Virus record (IMG/VR): IMGVR_UViG_3300043399_000700
Reading direction: 5' to 3' (one strand)
Origin: a virus
Taxonomy: Duplodnaviria; Heunggongvirae; Uroviricota; Caudoviricetes
Length of the DNA stretch: 61,049 nt
Part shown: in pieces, positions 1 through 10,062 of the stretch
How the letters are laid out: each line of letters begins with the position of its first letter
Position numbering within the stretch: position 1 is the stretch's first letter
Notes under the pieces: model-generated
The model's database searches: none
Seen by the model: only the letters and a program-made list of their open reading frames with translations
Told to the model about the DNA's origin: nothing
Program-made: the position numbers and the translations under genes

Positions 1-3000
1 CATACACGCCATCAACGTCTGCGCTAAACTGTTTTATAATAATCTTTTGATTTGGTGTTAGTCCATGTTGGTTGTTGAATGTAACAGTTGATGTACCGTT
101 TAAATTATCTTTGACTAAGATAACAGAACCATTAGACAAATTAGTTCTATAGATGCCCCAATTGTAGTCGTTAACTTTGGCTACCCAAATTGGTGTTCCA
201 ACGATTAAGTTAGCTTCGCCAACTGTGTTAGTGTAGTCTGCGATAGCTTGAGGTAAACTTGCCCAGTCAAATGCTTTAACTGGCACATCATCATAGTTTA
301 CATAACCAGCACTTGGTAAACTTATGTCTGTGCTTACCAAGGTTGTTGTTGGTAAAATATCTGGACCGGTAATCTTATAACTTTCTTTCCAAAGTGTGTT
401 ATAAGTTACTGTTTGATCTGCAGTACTTTCCTGCCCAGGAGATATAATTTGAATAGTTGAAGGATTTGATTCTAACAATGCTTGATTCAAACGAATCTCA
501 AAATATGCGCGGCTAGCAGTTGCGCCGTAACTTGCACGTTGGATTGCCCAGTTTTCAAAAATTTCGTACTCAGCAACTTCTTTGTTTAGATTAGCGCGAG
601 TGAAGATATCTGTAGCACGTTTAGTACCTTTGGTGCCAAGGAATTGTTGATACAAGTTAACCTGACTAATGTCGTCAAGATTTAATGCTTGCATGTATTC
701 GCGAGGACGGAACCCGATTAAGCCAAATGACAACAAATCTGCATCTCGTTCAAGGTTGGCAGAGTAAGTGTTATAAAAGTTACGAATTAATTCATCCTTG
801 GTTGCTAAGTTAGGTAGCAAGCCCTTTTGAATTTGATTGTAATCGCTCTTGATCCACACAGAAAAATCAAATGCTTCTGCAGGTGGAATTACCTTGGCAG
901 CAGACCAATAGGTACCCTTATAAAGAACAATTTGTCCTTTACTATAAGTTGTATTTGGACGCCACTCAGTGATGTTATCCTGGTTAAGGATAAAGCCTTG
1001 AGCATCAAGTTGTCCGTTCCAGTCATAGGTGGTGTAACCATTGAATAGCAATCTGCTTTGGCGTGCACCAGTGATTGGCTTGTAGATCAAATCATTGAAA
1101 ACGCTAGTATTGTCAAAAACAATAATATTTTCATAGGCTGTAAACTTAGCATACAAGTAGTTAAATGTCTGGTTGTTAATTCCAGTTAACTTTAATGTGT
1201 TGTCGATTCGATCAACCACATAGTCTTGATTTGCTAAAGGTTGTTTGTTCTGATTTAAAATAATATCGTCAATGGTAATAACATTGAGAGGTTCGACAAT
1301 TTGACCTTCTCGTGTAATCTCTAAAACATTAGCTGCTGGATTGAGATTGATTAGGCTACCTGGACCCCATCCTTGCTGAGTCCAGTATAAGAATTCTTTG
1401 CCCATCTGATCCCAGTCAAGAACTTTTGTATTTTCAACATTTGTAAATGTCATGCCCTGACGTTCTAACAGTTTTCCGTAACTTACTAAAAAGTCAACAA
1501 CTGCAGATTCACTTACGAATTCGTAACCATATGGCACTTGAACTACATTTTCAGAATAAGCAGTATTCACACGAACATCTTGCTCGCCGACACGAATTGT
1601 ACGATATACGCCATTAGGTACGCTTACTAAAATTTCAAAGTATGGACGATTTGTGCTGTAACCATAAACAGCATAACCGTTTTCGGTTCTTTGAACAATC
1701 ACGGAACTCCAAGTTAATGTATCAAACGTTGGGTTTCTATACAATAAGACTTGGAAACTTTCGTCCGGTAATAATAAACTTGTGTTGGTACTGTCTGGGC
1801 TAGATTTTTCTGTGTAAATCTTGAGATATTGTTTGTCAGAGAAACTTGCCATGCGATAGCAAAGTCTTACATCGATGTTGTGCAAAGTTGCATGCAAATT
1901 AGCAGTACTGTCTAAACCGCTAACACGATTATAGTCAACGATCCAGTCAATATAACTGGCTTTGCTTGTTCCGTCACCGTAGATTTCAATGTTAACAGGG
2001 TTTACACGGAAACGACCTTGGTACAAATATTGGTCATATTCGGCATTATACTGATACAAATCTCGATCAATGTTAAGTGCAAAGAACTTAGCTGGCTTAG
2101 TTACTGACAATAGTTTCATAACCGCAAATGGCCAAGCACTTGAACGGCGCCACGATGCTTCAACAGGGCCGTCGTCGCCTGCTACCCAGGATTTACGGAA
2201 GCTAAGGGCATTATAATCACCAACAACTGTGCTAATTGGTGGTAATAAATTGCCTTGTGAATCAACTGGAATAACATTTGTCAAACCAGGACGAACATAC
2301 AATGGATTAATATACGGACCAGCAGGATCTTTAACCAAACCTGCTTCAAGGTCTTCCCATAAAACCATATTGCCTGATGTATATGGCGCTGAGCCATATT
2401 CTAGTTGCCACCATGCTGGTTCCTCAGAGAAGCCAAGCATTTCCCACGGACGAGTGTGCGGATAATTTGTGTCGTAGAAGTATTGATAGATTCCACGCCA
2501 ATTGCCTAGTAAAGGATCTTGGTTAAGTTTGTCCGACGAACTTGAATAGTTCCAAGTAAATGCATTATCGGCATCATAATCTTGTGCGCGATAGTCTAGT
2601 TTGTTTGTACCGACCCAAGTTAAGAAACTTAGATTTAATATTTGAGTTATTTCACCTTGTGAGTATTCGGTTGTACGGAACTGACCTGGTGCAACATCTT
2701 CGTAAGATAAGGTAGCAAGTTGATGTTCACCTTTGAGATTGTCATAAACTCGACGTTCAAACTCTAATAAAACTTCGTCGCGGAAGTCACTGAATGCAAC
2801 AGTAATAGATCCATCGTGTCCTTGAATAACCCATGTTGGATTAACATAGGTGTCATCTAAGAACATCTCCGGCATGTATGCTGGGTACATTCTTAGTTTG
2901 GTTGGTGTGTTTGGAACAAAACTTCCGGTGGTATTTTGAAATTCTCGAATAGTTACAACATCACCAACTTGCAAATCAACAAGCAATGTTACTTTGCGAG

Positions 3001-6000
3001 TGCCGTTGGTGTACGAATATTGGTGATCATCACCAACTAGCAAAATGTCGTTTAGATATACCAAGAATCCAGTATAACCTGCCACTTCAAAATCGTAACT
3101 ATAAAGCAAATCAAACGTTTGTGTTGATACAGGTGTAATGTTGTAAACAGTTTGTTCGTAAGCATCACCCGAAGGTATCATGTCGCTCCAGTAGAATGGC
3201 GACATTTGTGTCTTACCTATATTAATATAGGCCAACGCTTCATCGAGTACCTGCGCGGCTGTTTTGTTTTCGACATTAAGTTTAGCAACAGTATCTAGCA
3301 ATAAGTTTTTAAACTGCTGGTATGACCCTGCATTAAAGTCTGCGGCGCGAGCAAACTCGTAGGCTCCTGTGCGCATAAACACGCCAGCAAAACTCAAAGG
3401 CGAACTTTGTTGTAAAATAACTTGACCATAAGGAACAATGTTTCCAAGGTCTCGAGTATTGTTGCGTCCGTTAATTGTACCAGAAAAGTCTTTAAGATTT
3501 TGACAAATAGTTCCGTAGTGTGTTCTAATAGTGCCTAATGTTAATTCTGTTGCATTTTCGTTGATTGGGTTATTTTCAAGATTCAACGGAACGCTGTAAA
3601 AACCTACATTGCTGGCTACATCGCTAACAACTGATACTTCGATAACTGTTCCTTCGACTACGATATCTTGATCGAGTACCCATTGATTAAATGTAATTGT
3701 AGTCGATCCGTTGCTGTTAATTGCGTAGGTGTAACCAGAAGGTTCTAAAAAGTTTGAGTCAACAAATACTTTAACTGGAATTTCGTCAAGGTTAGTAGTA
3801 ACTGGAACATCGACAATTAGTGGTTGGTTAGCATAGATGAACTTAAACTCTTGTCGGCTAACTGTTTGGGTAAACCCGGTTTGCCAACCTAAAAGTTGTT
3901 GGTATGTAGTGCGAGTAGAGTATTGACGAACTACCCCAGCCTGAATCGGCTCTGTAATACCAACGGTGTTTTCTACATACACAAAACTATCAGTGTATAA
4001 ATTGTTGTCGAACACAATGTCGCCAACATTGTTAATTGTTAGATAACGTAGTGGTTGACCAATTACCAAATCTTCTGCGCCGGTACCAACAGCATAACTG
4101 AATAACTTTGTGCCAGAGAATGTTGAACTAGGGTAAACGGCAATGTCAGAAAAACTATAGCCATTCTGGTCAAACACATCAAATAGCGGCGGTTGGTTAA
4201 TTGATGTTTTTTGTTGTGCTGGTACCCAAGTTATTCCATTAAACCAGTAGCTCTTACCTTGTTGGCTTACACCACTTAAACAAACAACATTTTGATCAAC
4301 TAAAATATCCGGTGTGCGTAAATCTGCAGGTTGTAGATCAATTATAGGAGTGCCAGTGTTACCTGGGTCAACAAATCTTACAACATATACTTTGTTTCTA
4401 ACTTCTGGATCTCTATCGTTGGCAAAAATTACACGGCTGCCGGTGATAAATGCGTACCCATCAACAGAATAACCAATGGTACCATTGATATTAGACATTG
4501 CATCTGTTTCTTGGAAATCAATGATGTTAACTGGTTCGATTGCTTCAGTACCGAAGTTGAATAACTTAATATCCGGGCGGAACTCAATAATTGGACGGCG
4601 TGCTCTAAATGCATTGTCAACATACGGAACTGTGTTGTTGTATTCGGCACTTGCATAGATTACATCAATGTGGAACCAACGGTTGCTGCGGCTCCATGCA
4701 TTTTTATCAAAACTTGCGCGGTTAATAGTCATGTAATCTGGATACAACGGTGCATTTTGAGTTGCATCGAAACTGCCAACATCGTACGGCGTTGAGTCGT
4801 AAGGAACCGATGAGCTTTCTGTGTAAGTTTCAGGAGTAATGAATTCTAGTACAGGCAATAACTTAATTGCTTGACCGACACCCTCGACATAATATTCGTT
4901 GCCAACATATGATGAAGGAACAACTGCGCCCTGGAATTGTACTTTTAACCCATTGGTGAAAACCACACCATTAGGGCTAGTATAATTTTTACGTCCTAAA
5001 ATTTCTGTATCAACATTAATTGTTTGTGCAGTAGTGTCGTTGATAACTTTAATTGCGCCAAAGAATGTAGGATCGGTTGCATCTTGATAATACAACAAAT
5101 CTAAATCTGCTGTAATTAACGGAATACGTTGAAACTCTAGGTTTTCGTCTTTGTAAAAACTAATATTAGCGTATGTGTTTCCATAAAGAATTGTAGTGCG
5201 AGTATTGATAGCAAGACTTTGATCCAACTGAAGCTGAATTACACCGTTGACTACAGTAATACGCCAAATGTTATAAACATCAACATCAAAACCCGGAGTA
5301 ACAAAAATTAACGTGCGATTGACAATATCTGCAAAGCCGTCGATGCCACCGTGTGTGGTCATAAATGTCACATAGTCTTGTCCGTTAATGTCGTCGAACG
5401 CTAACGTTGTTGCAAAATCTGTGCCACCGATATTTGTAAAATCAAAATAAAAGTTCTGAGCGTTAATTGCCGGAACTGAAAAATCAATTGCACCAAGGTC
5501 CTCGCCATTGTTAGTAACACCTAAGACTTCTCGACTACTTTGATTTGGTGTAGCCGGAAGTACACCGTTAACTCCTGGGACGCTTTGAATATACAAACGA
5601 TTACCGGTTTGATTAACGTTAAAAGTATATGTGCCATTACGTACAATCGAAATTGTAGGATTGAGTCCTGTGTATCCCTCAACAGTATAGCCACGATCGG
5701 TGCGTGTGATATTAAAGTCATTGGTTGTTGGTACAACGGTTGGGCTGACTGTTACCGAATTTGGACCACCAGGAATCCAAAAGTACTGACTAAAGTTAAC
5801 AAACTTGTCGTAGTCAACAAAAGGATCGAATGAGTAATACTCGCTTGACCATAGGCGATCTTGTCTAGTAGTGATACCACCTTGTACACCTACAGCATCA
5901 ACTAAACCAGGGTAAGTGATTGCATCAACAACAGTATTGGTATTGTCTTTTAAGAATACAACTCCAGGCTCAAGTTGATAATCAGATCGAGTCTTTGTTG

Positions 6001-6187
6001 GTTCTAGTACATAACTATCTGTAGGATTAACGCCAGGACCAACACGACGTCCAATGTAACCTTGAGTAGGTTTTAATTTTGGATTTTGTGTTAGCTGATC
6101 TAGTGTTGCACTTAAAAACTGTTTGTTAGTTTCTGTGCGAAAGATCTCAGGTAGAAAATCAACTGTACGAATTCTTGACATTGCCAT
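1..6187 (-). CDS. Giant baseplate wedge protein (gp7-like), 3'-truncated at window edge, >2060 aa
   Basis: ATG at 6187 reads MAMSRIRTVDFLPEIFRTETNKQFLSATLDQL...YYSFDPFVDYDKFVNFSQYFW. The same frame is still open at the edge (...LTPNQKIIIKQFSADVDGVY). Not in the ORF track, consistent with no stop inside the window. Lies 1 bp after the gp6-like stop. Function inferred from position and size. Confidence 0.7.
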   Translation of the reverse strand, partial: MAMSRIRTVDFLPEIFRTETNKQFLSATLDQLTQNPKLKPTQGYIGRRVGPGVNPTDSYVLEPTKTRSDYQLEPGVVFLKDNTNTVVDAITYPGLVDAVGVQGGITTRQDRLWSSEYYSFDPFVDYDKFVNFSQYFWIPGGPNSVTVSPTVVPTTNDFNITRTDRGYTVEGYTGLNPTISIVRNGTYTFNVNQTGNRLYIQSVPGVNGVLPATPNQSSREVLGVTNNGEDLGAIDFSVPAINAQNFYFDFTNIGGTDFATTLAFDDINGQDYVTFMTTHGGIDGFADIVNRTLIFVTPGFDVDVYNIWRITVVNGVIQLQLDQSLAINTRTTILYGNTYANISFYKDENLEFQRIPLITADLDLLYYQDATDPTFFGAIKVINDTTAQTINVDTEILGRKNYTSPNGVVFTNGLKVQFQGAVVPSSYVGNEYYVEGVGQAIKLLPVLEFITPETYTESSSVPYDSTPYDVGSFDATQNAPLYPDYMTINRASFDKNAWSRSNRWFHIDVIYASAEYNNTVPYVDNAFRARRPIIEFRPDIKLFNFGTEAIEPVNIIDFQETDAMSNINGTIGYSVDGYAFITGSRVIFANDRDPEVRNKVYVVRFVDPGNTGTPIIDLQPADLRTPDILVDQNVVCLSGVSQQGKSYWFNGITWVPAQQKTSINQPPLFDVFDQNGYSFSDIAVYPSSTFSGTKLFSYAVGTGAEDLVIGQPLRYLTINNVGDIVFDNNLYTDSFVYVENTVGITEPIQAGVVRQYSTRTTYQQLLGWQTGFTQTVSRQEFKFIYANQPLIVDVPVTTNLDEIPVKVFVDSNFLEPSGYTYAINSNGSTTITFNQWVLDQDIVVEGTVIEVSVVSDVASNVGFYSVPLNLENNPINENATELTLGTIRTHYGTICQNLKDFSGTINGRNNTRDLGNIVPYGQVILQQSSPLSFAGVFMRTGAYEFARAADFNAGSYQQFKNLLLDTVAKLNVENKTAAQVLDEALAYINIGKTQMSPFYWSDMIPSGDAYEQTVYNITPVSTQTFDLLYSYDFEVAGYTGFLVYLNDILLVGDDHQYSYTNGTRKVTLLVDLQVGDVVTIREFQNTTGSFVPNTPTKLRMYPAYMPEMFLDDTYVNPTWVIQGHDGSITVAFSDFRDEVLLEFERRVYDNLKGEHQLATLSYEDVAPGQFRTTEYSQGEITQILNLSFLTWVGTNKLDYRAQDYDADNAFTWNYSSSSDKLNQDPLLGNWRGIYQYFYDTNYPHTRPWEMLGFSEEPAWWQLEYGSAPYTSGNMVLWEDLEAGLVKDPAGPYINPLYVRPGLTNVIPVDSQGNLLPPISTVVGDYNALSFRKSWVAGDDGPVEASWRRSSAWPFAVMKLLSVTKPAKFFALNIDRDLYQYNAEYDQYLYQGRFRVNPVNIEIYGDGTSKASYIDWIVDYNRVSGLDSTANLHATLHNIDVRLCYRMASFSDKQYLKIYTEKSSPDSTNTSLLLPDESFQVLLYRNPTFDTLTWSSVIVQRTENGYAVYGYSTNRPYFEILVSVPNGVYRTIRVGEQDVRVNTAYSENVVQVPYGYEFVSESAVVDFLVSYGKLLERQGMTFTNVENTKVLDWDQMGKEFLYWTQQGWGPGSLINLNPAANVLEITREGQIVEPLNVITIDDIILNQNKQPLANQDYVVDRIDNTLKLTGINNQTFNYLYAKFTAYENIIVFDNTSVFNDLIYKPITGARQSRLLFNGYTTYDWNGQLDAQGFILNQDNITEWRPNTTYSKGQIVLYKGTYWSAAKVIPPAEAFDFSVWIKSDYNQIQKGLLPNLATKDELIRNFYNTYSANLERDADLLSFGLIGFRPREYMQALNLDDISQVNLYQQFLGTKGTKRATDIFTRANLNKEVAEYEIFENWAIQRASYGATASRAYFEIRLNQALLESNPSTIQIISPGQESTADQTVTYNTLWKESYKITGPDILPTTTLVSTDISLPSAGYVNYDDVPVKAFDWASLPQAIADYTNTVGEANLIVGTPIWVAKVNDYNWGIYRTNLSNGSVILVKDNLNGTSTVTFNNQHGLTPNQKIIIKQFSADVDGVY

Positions 6188-6188
6188 A

Positions 6189-9100
6189 TTAGATTACACC
6201 ACTGTTAGGAGCTGTTTTAAGTTCACTGCTGGTTAGAGCAGTAATTACAAGTATATCGTTAACGCTTGCAGCGTTAACAAAAATTTCATTTGGAGCACAA
6301 CGTATTTCGTATAAGTCACCAAAGTTCTTAGTTGCATTTACCGGCACAAGTACTGCGGTGCTAATAATGTCACCAAGTTCTTTGTGCAGATAAGCTGCAA
6401 GTTCAGAGAAGTAAAACGTCTGGCCAAAATCCCACTTATCTAAAGTAAAGTACTCGTTGATCTTAGCAACTACGCGACTCTTAATTTCTGTATCACTAAC
6501 TGCAACCTTAGGATAACGAATAACCTTAATGGTTGCACGAAGCTCGCTAGCGGCTTTAGATCCGAATAATGGTTTGAAGCTTACGCTGTTTAAGATAATA
6601 TTGTCAGAGATCATCTTAAATTGGTTGAGTGAGCTGTACGCTGCTGTTAATTCATCTGTAGTGGGCACAGATGGTTTAGGTACTGTTCCGGTACTATCCT
6701 TGATATAATTTTGATAAGCATTGTAGTATGCTTGTGTTACCAAATACATATCAATAATATTTGTTGAACCAGGATCAATGCGGCGGTTCAACGGAGCATT
6801 ATGTCGATACTGGAAGTACAAATCTTGACGTCCAACACGAGCAAAAAATTCGTCACTAACAACAATTAAATTTCTTGCACCTAAGTAGTCAATGGTTAAC
6901 TGATAAAAGATTCCTGTGTCATAAGCATAGAAATACTGTCCATTAGCATAGTCGCCTTTGACTTGTTCAATGGCAAGTTGGTTTGGATAGCTAGAGTTGA
7001 TTGTGTTTGGAGGAACTAACACAAAACGCTCTAAGTTATCAAAGTCAACAGTACGTTGCAAGAACACATACTTTTGCGTTGGATTAACTGTTGGTGCAAC
7101 AATTGTTGTAAAATAATCTGGGTTATCTGCAATACCATCGTTGTCTGCGTCAACAAAGCTAACTCGAACACGAAAATCATTTACATAACCATCATCTTCA
7201 ACCGGCTGACCAATAATATCTAAAATCTCATCGTTGTTTAAAGGAGTACTTGCATCCGGTGCGCTATTTGTTTTTAGAACATTAATAAAGTCGTTGACAA
7301 CAAAACCTGTGCGAGGATCATAAACTTGCTGTGAACCGTCATAGAAGAAACGTGTTTGTAGCACACTACCAAAGTAACGATCCAACGAACGCGAAGTGAT
7401 TGTGTAACTAGATCCGTCGGTAATAAATGCAACTAGCCACGAATTATCTAAGCCGAGACCGTCGGTATTACCAGCATAGGTTAAGCTAAAGGTTGTAGCT
7501 GAATTTAAATTAGTTTGTGTAATTAGATACCACGAACCAACGCTGCCTGTAACAGTACCTGTGCTGTCGTAGCCGATGCCAAAGTCTCGATATAACTCCA
7601 TTTGATCCATGATTTGTTGTTCAAATGTAGTTGGCAAGTCTGTAACAAACTTTGGAATTACTTGTACAGGAATCGCGCCCGAAGGAATATAATTGTTAAG
7701 AACAACTGGACCAGTGCCATCAACGAAATTACCTTGTCCAAAGTTAGTACCGTCAAGGTAACAGCCAGAAATTGTAGCCCATAAAACTGTTTTGTCGTTT
7801 GGTCCAGTTGCAGTACCTACCTTTAGTCGATTATTAGAATCAAAATAGTAACCCGAAGGTGGTACAAACTTAACCAAGGCATCCTGAACAATGTACTTGG
7901 CATTGTTACTAACAGTAGGGCCAATTGGTGCTGGATTATTTTTAGCAGCACCTGCGGTGTAGTAAAAATAACCAGTGGTTTCATTGGCTAGGGTCGTGCT
8001 TTCTTGCCAAGCAAAATTTAACACGCCTAGGCTAGGGCGAGGGAAATCTTGGTAGTAAAATTCTAACATACCTCGATTGCTTAACAATGGCTCAAGATCA
8101 TTGACAATCATGTTAGCAATATCGTTGGTATCTAAGAATGTAAAATTAAAACTCGGAGTGGTAACTTCTTCCCATAGACCACCGTCGCTGGCAAAAATAT
8201 TTGTTGATGAATATTTTCCAGTGATGTCAACTAGGTCTAGGTAACGACTTGTGCCAATTGAGCTGCGATTGACGGCCTTTGACTTGATAATGCTGCTGTA
8301 TAAGGTATATGGAAAATTATTGTAATCTTCGCCGTTAACCATACGATCTTGTGTGTAATAGCGAGCCGGTGCACGTTGCTTAATGTCGCCAATGGTTTCA
8401 CGTGTAGCTGCATTACTTACAGGCTGACTTAAATTACATGTGAATGTAATTGTTTCTTGACGACCAGTGCGGCTAATGTACCCGATGTTAATTGCAATGG
8501 CTTGCATTTCGTCAGGAGTGATTACATATTGCAAACCATTGGATGCACGTACATAGGTACGGAACAAGCCGACTGGGATTTCAGTAAACACACCGTCGCC
8601 AAAGTTTAGATTAATTTGGTCATTGGTGCGTGAAGTTACAGTAAAGAACTTACGGGCTTCTGGATTAACTTGCTCAATTGCTGCACCGTATAAGTTTTGT
8701 ACTTCAGTCCATTCATACTGAATCTGACCATTGTCGTTTAATTGATATACCCAAACGTCTGTGTTGTTAATTCCGTCGACGTTGACATTAACTACACGAT
8801 TACTAATTCGTTCGCCTAGACTAAAATCTAAATTTTGCAAGTTACCTTGTTTAAAGAAGAAAAAGAATCCTGTGTTAGGACTTGCATAACCCATGTAATC
8901 GTTACGATACAAAATGTTAAACAATCCGTTAGGACGAGGCGCAGGTTCATAGACATAATCACGATCTTGTGTTGTAGCACTAACGGCTTCGAAGACCATA
9001 GCATTGTTGTCAACTGTAGCATTAAAAGGAATTACAGGAAGGTATCCCGGAACAAGGTTTAGTGAATATTCTTGTGTTAAAATACCAACAATATCTTTAA

Positions 9101-9626
9101 CTGCACCCGGTTTTCCTATACGTTGACTGTCAACTAACGCGGCGTTGATGATAACAGTCATTTGTTCTAACCATGTTGGGTTAGTAGTATCATTCCAGTT
9201 TATAGTTACATTGCTTAAATTAGTGCCATTGTAATCTACAATATTTTCAGTAGTACTAACGCTCGCAACTTTTAAAAAGCCATTGGCTTCTTCGTTGCGC
9301 TTTGGAGTGTAGCTAACAAGATTAGCAAGTTTAACCACTGAATCACGACGTTCAGCAGTATCAATAAAGTTTTCACGAATGTTTAAATCGTTGCGGAACG
9401 ATAATGCTTGGCCCATAAAAGCCATAACATCCATCATTGCGATAAATTCAGAACTTTCAACGTAGTCGTTAAAGTTCTCCGGGTAGTACAAACGAATGTA
9501 ATCAATGAAACTTTTGCGTAAAGTTTCAAAGTCGTAGCTTTGGAAGTCTGCTTCGCGATAAGTGCGATAGATACGCTTCCAATCTTCTACCCCAAATAAT
9601 GCTGTTTGTCGTGTGGTTTTTGCCAT
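6189..9626 (-). CDS. gp6: Baseplate wedge subunit (T4 gp6-like)
   Basis: N-terminal DFQSYDFETLRKSFIDY...ENFNDYVESSE...ENFIDTAERRDSVVKLANLVSY and RMVNGEDY motifs; sits next to the gp25-like gene. Confidence 0.8.
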   Translation of the reverse strand: MAKTTRQTALFGVEDWKRIYRTYREADFQSYDFETLRKSFIDYIRLYYPENFNDYVESSEFIAMMDVMAFMGQALSFRNDLNIRENFIDTAERRDSVVKLANLVSYTPKRNEEANGFLKVASVSTTENIVDYNGTNLSNVTINWNDTTNPTWLEQMTVIINAALVDSQRIGKPGAVKDIVGILTQEYSLNLVPGYLPVIPFNATVDNNAMVFEAVSATTQDRDYVYEPAPRPNGLFNILYRNDYMGYASPNTGFFFFFKQGNLQNLDFSLGERISNRVVNVNVDGINNTDVWVYQLNDNGQIQYEWTEVQNLYGAAIEQVNPEARKFFTVTSRTNDQINLNFGDGVFTEIPVGLFRTYVRASNGLQYVITPDEMQAIAINIGYISRTGRQETITFTCNLSQPVSNAATRETIGDIKQRAPARYYTQDRMVNGEDYNNFPYTLYSSIIKSKAVNRSSIGTSRYLDLVDITGKYSSTNIFASDGGLWEEVTTPSFNFTFLDTNDIANMIVNDLEPLLSNRGMLEFYYQDFPRPSLGVLNFAWQESTTLANETTGYFYYTAGAAKNNPAPIGPTVSNNAKYIVQDALVKFVPPSGYYFDSNNRLKVGTATGPNDKTVLWATISGCYLDGTNFGQGNFVDGTGPVVLNNYIPSGAIPVQVIPKFVTDLPTTFEQQIMDQMELYRDFGIGYDSTGTVTGSVGSWYLITQTNLNSATTFSLTYAGNTDGLGLDNSWLVAFITDGSSYTITSRSLDRYFGSVLQTRFFYDGSQQVYDPRTGFVVNDFINVLKTNSAPDASTPLNNDEILDIIGQPVEDDGYVNDFRVRVSFVDADNDGIADNPDYFTTIVAPTVNPTQKYVFLQRTVDFDNLERFVLVPPNTINSSYPNQLAIEQVKGDYANGQYFYAYDTGIFYQLTIDYLGARNLIVVSDEFFARVGRQDLYFQYRHNAPLNRRIDPGSTNIIDMYLVTQAYYNAYQNYIKDSTGTVPKPSVPTTDELTAAYSSLNQFKMISDNIILNSVSFKPLFGSKAASELRATIKVIRYPKVAVSDTEIKSRVVAKINEYFTLDKWDFGQTFYFSELAAYLHKELGDIISTAVLVPVNATKNFGDLYEIRCAPNEIFVNAASVNDILVITALTSSELKTAPNSGVI

Positions 9627-9644
9627 AGTACTTTCCGTTTCAAG

Positions 9645-9652
9645 TATTTATG
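9645..9652 (-). promoter_or_regulatory. Late-promoter-like CATAAATA upstream of gp6-like gene
   Basis: Member of the recurrent TAAATA motif found upstream of structural genes; resembles T4 late TATAAATA. Confidence 0.55.
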
Positions 9653-9672
9653 GCAATTATAAACTGGGTAGT

Positions 9673-10047
9673 TTATACGTAGGATGCTCTGCGTGTTTGT
9701 TGATTAAAAAATACCGATAACACTTCTGCATTACTGCCGGCAACTGTTTGTACTTCTATCTCAATTAAAATACCGTTAAGTTGTGGGTAAACATTCATAC
9801 TGGTAACAACAACTCGTGGATCTTGTGCTACAACTCGCTGAACTTCCGCTTCGATAGCACTTACTGTTTCTGCTGCTTGTGGTTCAAAAATTAGGTTCCA
9901 CATAACTGTGCCAACTGCAGGTTTTCCAACAATTTCGCCTTGACGAATATTGAATGCATTTAATAAGTCGCGTTTGATCAGCGGAAAATCTACAAGTGTA
10001 AACTTCTTGTATTGATCAATAGTGTTATATCCGATAAATGTTGGCAT
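9673..10047 (-). CDS. gp25: Baseplate wedge subunit gp25-like
   Basis: 124 aa; LIKRDLLNAFNIRQGE...GTVMWNLIFEP...DPRV pattern of the GPW_gp25 family. Confidence 0.85.
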   Translation of the reverse strand: MPTFIGYNTIDQYKKFTLVDFPLIKRDLLNAFNIRQGEIVGKPAVGTVMWNLIFEPQAAETVSAIEAEVQRVVAQDPRVVVTSMNVYPQLNGILIEIEVQTVAGSNAEVLSVFFNQQTRRASYV

Positions 10048-10052
10048 ACTTG

Positions 10053-10060
10053 TATTTACC
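10053..10060 (-). promoter_or_regulatory. Late-promoter-like GGTAAATA, 5 nt before the gp25 ATG (leaderless)
   Basis: Minus strand reads GGTAAATA-CAAGT-ATG; no Shine-Dalgarno. Confidence 0.5.
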
Positions 10061-10062
10061 CA

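Noticed and set aside
827-5833. Short ORFs listed in the track over 1-6 kb
   Set aside because: All overlap the giant minus-strand baseplate ORF and lack recognisable features.
9658-9677. Perfect hairpin TATAAACT/AGTTTATA over the gp25 stop as a terminator
   Set aside because: AT-only weak stem with no U-tract; role unsupported.
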